Shown here piece after piece: positions 8,999 to 16,687 of a stretch of DNA of 64,000 nt. The first letter of the stretch is position 1. Each line of letters begins with the position of its first letter. The DNA is from Deltaproteobacteria bacterium (GTDB taxonomy: Bacteria; Desulfobacterota; Dissulfuribacteria; Dissulfuribacterales; JALVPX01): assembly GCA_027023445.1 (NCBI GenBank), contig JALVVK010000126.1, positions 4,740 through 68,739 of the forward strand. Direction: 5' to 3'. The notes under the pieces are model-generated. The model was given only the letters and a program-made list of their open reading frames with translations, did no database searches and had not been told where the DNA came from. The position numbers and the translations under genes are program-made.

Positions 8999-10424
8999 CT
9001 TTTTTAATCCCGAGTGTCTCAGCATCATTGGCGATTGGCAGGTAAATTATGAAGGTTGTACCAATATTTTCCTTGCTCTTCACCTCTATATAACCACCAT
9101 GTTTCTTGATTATTCCATAAACAATGGACAAACCCAGTCCGGTACCCTTCCCTACCGGCTTGGTGGTAAAAAATGGTTCAAATATATGCTCAAGTTTTTC
9201 CGCAGGTATTCCCTTACCAGTGTCGGAAAAACGGATTATTACGTAACCGTTCCTTGCTTCTCCATGAACATCTATAAGGCCGCCATCAGAGATGGCATGC
9301 ATTGAATTCAAAAACAAATTCACAAACACCTGCTGAAGCTTCTGCGCATCTCCCCGAATGAGCGGAAGTGATTCAGGAATATAATCTTCAAACTCAATAT
9401 GCTGTATTTTCAATTGATTACGCACCAAGTCCGCTGACTTCCTCACAACATCCTTTATGTTCAACAACTGGCTGGACGGAGGGCTTTTGCGACAAAAATC
9501 AAGCAGGTTACGCACCACAAGGCTTGCCCTTTCATCTTCATCAATAATATCCTGAATCATTTCAAGGATCTCCTCGCGGGACAGGGTATCGTATTCTTCC
9601 AGCAAGGTGTCGGCAGTTAATGATATGTTGTTAAGCGGGTTGTTAAGCTCATGGGCTATCCCGGAAGAAAAAGTACCGATGGCCGCAAGTTTTTTGGCCT
9701 GAAGGAGTTGTTCCTGCTTATTGTCAATTTCCTCTACCATCTTATTAAATGCCTGTATAAGGCTTGAAATTTCATCTGTTCCTGACGCGTTTTCCTTAAT
9801 AGGGACGAATTGGCCAAGGGCTACGGCCCTGGTTGCCTTCTGCACCTTGGCAAGACGTCTGAGGATATTTTTGGTCTGCACGTGAAACACCAGCAGGATA
9901 AACATGAATCCACCTGCGGTTGCCATAATGAAGCCATACATGGTTAAATGCAGTTTTTTATGAATACTTTCTCTCTTGGCTTTCAGAAGTTGATCCGTAA
10001 AATCGACCAGCCTTTTGCCCAGTTTGCGTATCTCCTCTATGTTGGCATTGGAAATTCGGGGATGACCCTCAATAAGCTTTTCATATTGTTTGATTGTATA
10101 CTGAAAATTCAAAAACTCCTTTTTCCCCATGGTGGTCAGGAGTTCCCTCGAAAAATAGTTCGTATCCTTGTTGATGGCATACAGATAATGCGCTATCTGA
10201 TGCAGGGAGTGGGGGTCATGTTCATAAAGAAAATTTTTTTCAAACCGCCTCAGCTCCAGAACATTATTGGAAAGCTTGTAAATATCCTCCATCATGTAGA
10301 AATCTGACTTCAACGCCGAGATGTTCAGGGCATAGACGGTCGCAAGGCATACTGCGAAAAGAAAAACCACCGCGAAAATCAGCAGAAGCCTGTGCCTTAT
10401 GGTGCTGTTAAAAAACATTTCCAA
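8976..10424 (-). CDS. Membrane sensor histidine kinase (HAMP-HisKA-HATPase)
   Basis: The ORF is 482 aa with two TM segments. It has the H-box [13 protein letters not shown], an N-box NLFLNSMHA and G-boxes DTGKGI / GTGLGL. It is cognate to the downstream sigma-54 regulator. Confidence 0.9.
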   Translation of the reverse strand: MEMFFNSTIRHRLLLIFAVVFLFAVCLATVYALNISALKSDFYMMEDIYKLSNNVLELRRFEKNFLYEHDPHSLHQIAHYLYAINKDTNYFSRELLTTMGKKEFLNFQYTIKQYEKLIEGHPRISNANIEEIRKLGKRLVDFTDQLLKAKRESIHKKLHLTMYGFIMATAGGFMFILLVFHVQTKNILRRLAKVQKATRAVALGQFVPIKENASGTDEISSLIQAFNKMVEEIDNKQEQLLQAKKLAAIGTFSSGIAHELNNPLNNISLTADTLLEEYDTLSREEILEMIQDIIDEDERASLVVRNLLDFCRKSPPSSQLLNIKDVVRKSADLVRNQLKIQHIEFEDYIPESLPLIRGDAQKLQQVFVNLFLNSMHAISDGGLIDVHGEARNGYVIIRFSDTGKGIPAEKLEHIFEPFFTTKPVGKGTGLGLSIVYGIIKKHGGYIEVKSKENIGTTFIIYLPIANDAETLGIKKDDTDSSN

Positions 10425-10632
10425 CCTTTTAAACTAACCAGAAACCATATCAAAAAGTTGTCAGGCTCGGTCAACACGGCAAAAGACAACAAATCTATTT
10501 CTAACAGAATTAAAAATATAATCCAAATTAAACGAATATGCCATGAGACCTAATTGTTTTTTGATCAGCAAGGTGGAGATAAAGGATAAAAATAGTAAAT
10601 CAAGGAATCCAGCCACCTTGTCCTGAAGACGT

Positions 10633-11286
10633 TCACCGGTTTATATCTTTTTTCAGGGTGATAAACCTCTCCAGCATGTTGTGCCAGTAAGGGGCCCCCA
10701 CACTGATCATGCACGCAGTGAGAAGCCGTTCAACAACATCTATATGCTGGATGTTAGGTTCCCACATCTGGAATTCCGCCCCGGAGGCCGAAAAAAATTT
10801 GTTCATAATGGAAAAGGCATTGATTCGCAGGCACAGGCAGAGAAGAAGACTGACCGCAAACGAGGTCATCAGCATGCCTTTCTTTATCTTCCCCCCTGCC
10901 ATCTTCAGCACCTGATCTATCTTGCTGAAAATCTCGCTCTCATGTTTAATCCTGAGCCTGTATCTTTCAAGGTAGGCCAGGAATCCTTCCGGATCTTTTC
11001 GAAACAATTCAGGAAGGTCTTTCTTCGTGATCTTGGAAAAATCGGATTCAGATGAAGAAGTAATATCCCTGTCCTTCGTGATCTTGGAAGAATCGGATTC
11101 GGATGAAGAAGTAATATGGATGTCTTCAAGACTGAGTTTTGCCTGATTCATCGCATCAACCACCGGATTTAAAAAGACAGTGCGCGCGATAAACAAATTT
11201 TTAAGGCTGGTATTGATAGATTTTACTATTATACACAATACTGTCATCCAGATAAAAAAGGCTATCGATGCGTCTAACAAGGGCAT
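10633..11286 (-). CDS. Hypothetical membrane protein with an in-frame 17-aa tandem repeat
   Basis: The ORF is 217 aa with N-terminal and central hydrophobic segments. The repeat reads DI(H)ITSSSESD(S/F)SKITK. I recognise no family. Confidence 0.5.
   Translation of the reverse strand: MPLLDASIAFFIWMTVLCIIVKSINTSLKNLFIARTVFLNPVVDAMNQAKLSLEDIHITSSSESDSSKITKDRDITSSSESDFSKITKKDLPELFRKDPEGFLAYLERYRLRIKHESEIFSKIDQVLKMAGGKIKKGMLMTSFAVSLLLCLCLRINAFSIMNKFFSASGAEFQMWEPNIQHIDVVERLLTACMISVGAPYWHNMLERFITLKKDINR
11026..11127. repeat. Tandem duplication, 2 x 51 bp, inside the hypothetical membrane-protein gene
   Basis: Units 11026-11076 and 11077-11127 share cgtgatcttggaa(a/g)aatcggattc(a/g)gatgaagaagtaatat. 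There are 2 mismatches over the first 41 nt. The period of 51 nt keeps the reading frame. Confidence 0.8.
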
Positions 11287-11487
11287 TGGGCGCTGCCTCC
11301 CTGGTAAAAAATTGACAGAAGACCTATTACTTCTTTTTTAGCATAAACAGCCTTGCCAGAACAGGGGGAATATGGTTTGGCCGGCGTTTCAGGCTCACTG
11401 CCTTGAGGCCAGGATCATCCAGGCGCATGTTTCAGTGACCAGTGCGTCCCCCGCAAAAACGGTGACAGGCACGGGATTACCTCATCA

Positions 11488-11516
11488 TTGACATACCAGA
11501 GGCATGTGTATATAAG
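11488..11516 (+). promoter_or_regulatory. Candidate sigma-70 promoter (TTGACA-17-TATAAG)
   Basis: TTGACA lies at 11488-11493, followed by a 17-nt spacer and TATAAG at 11511-11516. It faces ddl and would give a leader of about 270 nt. Confidence 0.35.
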
Positions 11517-11790
11517 GCAGCGCGCCAGGATCCTGCGACATCTTGCCCGCCACCTGTAAAACCGCTGTGATAAATTCCGCTATAAACGCATTACTACGCA
11601 TGAACAAGCCCGGATTATGCAGCACGCAAGTAGGTCATAATTTAATAAAATTCCTTTCTTCAGACATTTGAAGTGCATAATCCGGCATAAAACATTTTCA
11701 TAAAACTTTAGCCATGGTAACCTAAAGGATAATATGTTTCATACTGCAAACTTCCGGTTCATACCGGGATCTTTCTACAGGGAGTATGAG

Positions 11791-12750
11791 ATGCAAACAA
11801 TACACAAAATCAGACTGGCGCTGATCTGTGGAGGGACATCAGCCGAACGGGAAATTTCTCTTAAGGGGGCGCAAGAAGTAGAAAAGGCCCTTGATCCCAC
11901 CCGATATACCGTTACCAGATATGACCCCGCCTCAGATCTTGAAAAACTCGTCAGGGATTCAGACAACCTTGATGCCGCCTTTATTCTGTTACACGGCCGC
12001 CATGGCGAGGACGGCACTATCCAGGGGCTGCTCGATCTCATCGGGATTCCATATCAGGGATCGGGTGTTCTGGGAAGCGCCCTTGCCATGGACAAGCATA
12101 TGTCAAAGATTATTTATCAGAATGCCGGAATACCTACCCCTGAATGGATATACTTGGAAAAGACCGACCCGATAGACACCAGGACGATCATCACCCGACT
12201 GGGACTTCCTCTTATGGTCAAGCCATGCGTCCAAGGTTCCAGCGTTGGCATGAGCAGGGTGGAGGAAGAATCGGAACTGGAAAAAGCGATAATCGAAGCC
12301 CTTAAATGGGACAACTGCGTCCTGGTGGAATCCTGTCTGATCGGGCGGGAACTAACAGGAGGCGTTCTTGGAGACCCCAACCCTGAGCCTTTACCCCTGG
12401 TGGAAATCATCCCTGGGGATGACTTTGATTTCTTCGACTATGTTGCCAAATACCAGCCTGGCGCCACAAGGGAAATATGTCCGGCTGAGGTCACGGAAGC
12501 CATTGCCTCCAGGGCCAGGGACCTTGCGCTTAAAGCACATAATGCACTACGTCTTAGGGCATACAGCCGTACGGACATGATACTCACAGGGGACGACAGA
12601 TTATTTGTCCTGGAAACCAACACAATCCCGGGAATGACCCCCACAAGCCTTTTTCCGCAGGCCGCCCGGGCAGCAGGCATCCCCTTTGCCCGATTACTGG
12701 ATCGCCTTATAAAAATGGCGCTCGGAGCAAAAAACTGGCAGACAGGATAA
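11791..12750 (+). CDS. ddl: D-alanine--D-alanine ligase
   Basis: The ATG at 11791 follows AGGGAG. The sequence MQTIHKIRLALICGGTSAEREISL...LHGRHGEDGTIQGLLDLIGIPYQGSG...ETNTIPGMT is classic Ddl. Confidence 0.93.
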   Translation: MQTIHKIRLALICGGTSAEREISLKGAQEVEKALDPTRYTVTRYDPASDLEKLVRDSDNLDAAFILLHGRHGEDGTIQGLLDLIGIPYQGSGVLGSALAMDKHMSKIIYQNAGIPTPEWIYLEKTDPIDTRTIITRLGLPLMVKPCVQGSSVGMSRVEEESELEKAIIEALKWDNCVLVESCLIGRELTGGVLGDPNPEPLPLVEIIPGDDFDFFDYVAKYQPGATREICPAEVTEAIASRARDLALKAHNALRLRAYSRTDMILTGDDRLFVLETNTIPGMTPTSLFPQAARAAGIPFARLLDRLIKMALGAKNWQTG

Positions 12751-12825
12751 CCGCCATGCAGGCCCCTGCCAATATCAGCCGGTTAACTGGATTTTTCCAT
12801 TCCATGGTTTTATAGTTAAGATTAC

Positions 12826-13386
12826 ATGATAAAATCACTAAAAAAATTCATACTGATATTAATCCTCGCCTGCGCAGTTTATCAGGCAGGCCAACAGGCC
12901 TTGGCCATGGAGGCAAACATGGATCTCTCTTCTCCAGCCTTTTCAGACCATGGACAAATTCCAATCAAATATACCATGCCAGGGGCAGGAGGCAGCAACA
13001 TCTCCCCGCCCCTCACCTGGACAACCCCGCCCCGGGGCACCAAATCCCTTGCCCTCGTTGTAATCGATATACACCCGGTGGCCAGGAACTGGATCCACTG
13101 GGTGGTGATTGACATTCCCCCTTCGGTAACAGGCCTGGCAGAAGGCGCCTCCGGAGTATCCATGCCTGAAGGAGCAAGGGAACTCATAAATTCCTTTGGA
13201 AAAACCGGATACGGAGGGCCACTGCCACCGCCCGGAACAGGTGACCATCCCTATGTCTTCACGCTGTACGCACTGGACGTGCAGTCCCTGAATCTTCCGG
13301 ACAGGGCTTCACTACAAAAAATTCATCAGGCAATCAAAGGCCACGTATTGACTGAAACCAGTATAACGGGATATTTTGGCCGATAA
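12826..13386 (+). CDS. YbhB/YbcL (PEBP/RKIP) family protein, secreted
   Basis: The ORF is 186 aa and has a signal peptide ending ALA-ME. PEBP motifs are present (SPPLTW, DPD-like IDIHP, HWVVIDIP, GYGGPLPPPGTGDHPYVFTLYALD). Confidence 0.87.
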   Translation: MIKSLKKFILILILACAVYQAGQQALAMEANMDLSSPAFSDHGQIPIKYTMPGAGGSNISPPLTWTTPPRGTKSLALVVIDIHPVARNWIHWVVIDIPPSVTGLAEGASGVSMPEGARELINSFGKTGYGGPLPPPGTGDHPYVFTLYALDVQSLNLPDRASLQKIHQAIKGHVLTETSITGYFGR

Positions 13387-13416
13387 AAATGAATTATCTC
13401 ACAAAAAGGTAAAATA

Positions 13417-13716
13417 ATGGCACTTACACCCAAAAGCAAAGGGCAAAAAGGACATCACACATACCGCCTCATCCCACCTTCCCCGGCGCCTCAGATCGGC
13501 AGCCGGATCGTATGTCCCAAATGCGGAAACGACTGGCACTTTTATGAAATCGCTGAAAACGTCATGCTGACCACACGGTACATCCAAAACCCGGATGGGA
13601 GTTTCACCCCTCAAAGTGACGAATCCTGCATACTCGGTGAAGTGAAACTCTACTGCGCCGAATGCCAGGAAGACCTCAGCAGGTTCCATCACCGGCTGGT
13701 AGAGATGTTGTTTTGA
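13417..13716 (+). CDS. Small zinc-ribbon-like protein (CPKC ... CAEC)
   Basis: The ORF is 99 aa with two CxxC pairs 43 residues apart. Its stop overlaps candidate starts of the downstream ATP-grasp gene. I recognise no family. Confidence 0.55.
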   Translation: MALTPKSKGQKGHHTYRLIPPSPAPQIGSRIVCPKCGNDWHFYEIAENVMLTTRYIQNPDGSFTPQSDESCILGEVKLYCAECQEDLSRFHHRLVEMLF

Positions 13717-14495
13717 ACACTAACCGCAAAAGATTGATTATCAGAGACAATCACTCCTTCAGGGCCAACATCCACCAGCTTTCCCGGGGTGACGTACTAA
13801 TAGGGCTTCTGAATATCAAACCCACAGAAGAGGTTCTGTTCCTTGATCTGGTGGAACGGGGTGTGATCATGTACCCGTCGGCCCTTGCCCAGCAGATCAG
13901 CCGGTCAAAATGCCTGCAGGCCATGGTATACGAGGAATGGATGATTCCCCTGACCTTTGTAGCCAGGGACAGACATGACATGATCAGAAACATAGACCGT
14001 TATGCCGGGCATGGGGTCGGCCGGATCATAACAAAGCAGAACCGGCATAACTGCGGCATTGGCATACATATCTGGCCATCCATTGAAGACGTATATAACC
14101 AGGCATGCTTTGGATCGCTGTCATATCCCTTTGTGGTTCAGCCCTTTGTGGAGACATCCCTTGACGTACGGGTCATAATCATGGGGGATTATACAGAGGC
14201 ATACTGGCGCAAAAATACCCACTGCTTTCGAAACAACCTGTATTTTGGGGGCGACAGCGATCAATATGAGCTTTCTGGGCAGCAAATGGAACTTTGCCAA
14301 CAAGCGATGAACAGAGGCAAATTCCCATATGCCCATCTGGATCTTATGGTTACAACCACAGGAGAGACCTATCTTGCGGAAATCAACCTGCGCGGAGGGC
14401 TGAAGGGTGCGGCCATATCAACCCCTGAATACAAAAAACGAATAAAGGACCTGGAAGATAATTTTCTCAGATCCCTTGATCACTCGAGCAGGTAA
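13662..14495 (+). CDS. RimK-type ATP-grasp ligase family protein
   Basis: The C-terminal half resembles RimK/LysX (DVRVIIMGD...FRNNLYFGGDS...YAHLDLMVTTTGETYLAEINLRGGLKG). The start is ambiguous. The ATG at 13662 gives a 55-nt overlap with the zinc-ribbon ORF. The TTG at 13713 gives a TTGA overlap. Confidence 0.8.
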   Translation: MPGRPQQVPSPAGRDVVLNTNRKRLIIRDNHSFRANIHQLSRGDVLIGLLNIKPTEEVLFLDLVERGVIMYPSALAQQISRSKCLQAMVYEEWMIPLTFVARDRHDMIRNIDRYAGHGVGRIITKQNRHNCGIGIHIWPSIEDVYNQACFGSLSYPFVVQPFVETSLDVRVIIMGDYTEAYWRKNTHCFRNNLYFGGDSDQYELSGQQMELCQQAMNRGKFPYAHLDLMVTTTGETYLAEINLRGGLKGAAISTPEYKKRIKDLEDNFLRSLDHSSR

Positions 14496-16126
14496 AGCAG
14501 GGTTTGCCGCCTTTCTTTTTCATCTTGTCTGACAACAGCGGCCAAAAGCCGTCCTTTGCCGTCAAAAGACAGGCCACAGATTGATCCCTTTACAGACAAA
14601 GAGACCGTAGACACGGAATATCTCGCACCTGACCAGAAAAGTGCCAGTATGCGGCCATGCCCTTCCGGCCCGTTGCTGCCTCCGAATATAACCTCTCGCC
14701 TCCCATCTCCATTGACATCAAAAGATATAAGACGTGTAAACTGCGAGGGCACATCCCCAGGGAGCAGCTTTAAATCTATGGTGGACAGGAGATTACCAGA
14801 TTCGTATATCCTGAGTTCGTGTTTAGAAACCAGGGTTACAAGCTCCGGTTTGCCGTTACCGTTAAGATCGCACCACAGAGAACGGGTAACATTAAAAAGA
14901 GCGGGCAGATTCAGACGTCCTCTGTAGTAAATTCCCCCTGCATCAGGCTCAGCCAGGTACACGTCATGAGCAAACCCTGTCTCCAGGCCAAAGCCCTGGG
15001 CGAGAAGGGATTCAGCTACTCCGTCCCCATCACGGTCAACAAAGGAAAGCCACAGGTTAATATCATCCTGTACCGTTACAAGCTGGCTTCCCGTATATCT
15101 CAGCAACACGGATCTCATACCGATTCCGGGCATGAGGATATTAAGAACAACCATGCCCGAACAACATGAAAATCCCTGGGGAACCCCTGGCCCCTGAAAC
15201 CTGTAAGCGGCCATGACACCATGATCCCTGAAGGGATATACGTAAAGACCGGTATTGGTAAGATAGATGGTCTGGAGGTCCCCGTCTCCGGCAAGGTCAA
15301 AAACCATTACCTGCAGGGCGCCGGCAGAAAGAAGACCAAGCGGTCTTGCCTTTTTCCAGCGCAATCCCGTAGGATTAAAAGAAACGGGCGGGATGCTCCC
15401 GGCCGGTTTCGCAATATGCCTTTTCGGTTGTTCAGGTTTCTCCGCAACAGGCATCGACAAGGGAAAGGATCTCAATAACCTTTTGCCTGGCCCATAGAGA
15501 TCGAGCCTCCGGGCCTCAAGCACGAAGGTAAGGGCATTTTTTGCCTGAGTACCTCTGCTGCCCTCCCGCGCCCAAACGATATAAGGCAGATCACGCATCA
15601 ACCGTTTCCTCAGCCTGACCGCGGCCGCATGATCGGTCCTTGAGGTAAAAAAGGCCTTTACATCTTCATACCTGATTGCGGAAAAACCGGAAAGAACAGG
15701 GGATTTTGAGGTCAGTACCCGGCACCGACAGCTGGACTTCTTCACCGAAGCAACCTGTACCAGGGCAATGGGTCGCCTCAGGAATCCAAGCTTTTGACCG
15801 GTTTCCGGGTCTGAAACCGGACGCCCCCTTTCATATACAGTAAAGAGATCTCCCTGATGTATATCACAGCCCGGCTCATAGGAAAGAGTAATAGAACCAT
15901 CTTCAGAAACGGAAACGACCGTGGCCTCCACCGGTTCCAGGGTCCTTATCAGTTGATCGTAGGTATCCTGATCAAGGAGCTGAGAAAAAACATTAGACGG
16001 CGCAAGCGCCAGGACAAAAAACAATAAAAAACAAACAGCAGTTCGGAGGAACAGGCAAAAAGGGGAAAACAGAACGGGAGAAATAGGTTTAAAAGCTGAT
16101 TTGGACATAGATCCTGATTCAGACAA
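14480..16126 (-). CDS. Secreted FG-GAP/VCBS-repeat protein
   Basis: The ORF is 548 aa with an N-terminal hydrophobic signal. It has repeated Ca-binding-like DxDxDG loops (FDLAGDGDL, DRDGDGVAE, CDLNGNGKPE, FDVNGDGRRE), as in integrin-alpha FG-GAP propellers. The ATG at 16108 is an alternative start. Confidence 0.7.
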   Translation of the reverse strand: MSESGSMSKSAFKPISPVLFSPFCLFLRTAVCFLLFFVLALAPSNVFSQLLDQDTYDQLIRTLEPVEATVVSVSEDGSITLSYEPGCDIHQGDLFTVYERGRPVSDPETGQKLGFLRRPIALVQVASVKKSSCRCRVLTSKSPVLSGFSAIRYEDVKAFFTSRTDHAAAVRLRKRLMRDLPYIVWAREGSRGTQAKNALTFVLEARRLDLYGPGKRLLRSFPLSMPVAEKPEQPKRHIAKPAGSIPPVSFNPTGLRWKKARPLGLLSAGALQVMVFDLAGDGDLQTIYLTNTGLYVYPFRDHGVMAAYRFQGPGVPQGFSCCSGMVVLNILMPGIGMRSVLLRYTGSQLVTVQDDINLWLSFVDRDGDGVAESLLAQGFGLETGFAHDVYLAEPDAGGIYYRGRLNLPALFNVTRSLWCDLNGNGKPELVTLVSKHELRIYESGNLLSTIDLKLLPGDVPSQFTRLISFDVNGDGRREVIFGGSNGPEGHGRILALFWSGARYSVSTVSLSVKGSICGLSFDGKGRLLAAVVRQDEKERRQTLLYLLE

Positions 16127-16129
16127 AAA

Positions 16130-16158
16130 AGGCCCTTACCTTTTTAAGGCAAGGGCCT
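16130..16158 (-). terminator. Rho-independent terminator downstream of dsrC
   Basis: On the minus strand the sequence aggcccttgcctt-aaa-aaggtaagggcct forms a 13-bp stem with 1 mismatch. It is followed by TTTTTTG (plus-strand A-run at about 16124-16129). Confidence 0.7.
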
Positions 16159-16196
16159 CTATCTTAAATAAAACCAAATTACAGGGCGATCAACCC

Positions 16197-16517
16197 CTAT
16201 ACGCAACCGGTAGGTTTGGGCAGACCGGCCATCTTACAAGCTCCCTTACCAGGTCCTGAGGGGAACAGCTCATAGATCTTTTTCAGGGGATAACCGGTAG
16301 TCTTGGAAAGAATACGGACCATGGGAGCGATCCCGTTCTTCTTGAAGTAGTCCTGCAGCACGTTGATGATCTTCCAGTGATCGTCATTCAGCTCAGAGAT
16401 ACCCTCCAATTCCTTGACGTATTCAACCCATTCCTTGCTCCACTCTTCCATACCTTTGGCCAGGAAGCCGTCCTCGTCTACCTCGAAAGTCTTCCCTTTG
16501 TACTCAACTGTTGCCAT
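16197..16517 (-). CDS. dsrC: DsrC (dissimilatory sulfite reductase gamma-like sulfur carrier, TusE/DsrC family)
   Basis: The ORF is 106 aa and is nearly colinear with the Desulfovibrio DsrC I remember (YKGK.FEVDEDGFL...GIAPMVRILSK.TG...ELFPSGPGKGACKMAGLPKPTGCV). Both conserved Cys residues are in the C-terminal arm. A strong RBS, AAAGGAGGAAAAT, precedes the ATG. Confidence 0.95.
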   Translation of the reverse strand: MATVEYKGKTFEVDEDGFLAKGMEEWSKEWVEYVKELEGISELNDDHWKIINVLQDYFKKNGIAPMVRILSKTTGYPLKKIYELFPSGPGKGACKMAGLPKPTGCV

Positions 16518-16569
16518 ATTTTCCTCCTTTGAGATTCGTTACAAATCATGGCGAAAATCTTAATGTTGG

Positions 16570-16598
16570 TTCATACTATAAGGTGATTTCTTTGTCAA
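16570..16598 (-). promoter_or_regulatory. Candidate sigma-70 promoter of dsrC (TTGACA-17-TATGAA)
   Basis: On the minus strand, TTGACA (16598-16593) is followed by a 17-nt spacer and TATGAA (16575-16570). This lies about 50 nt upstream of the dsrC ATG. Confidence 0.4.
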
Positions 16599-16687
16599 GC
16601 GGGCTTGTCTGCTTTTAGGCAAAAAAGATTTTATACAAAAAAAGCAATAAACTTAATAAGTTATTATTTAATCAAAGCTGAATAAAT

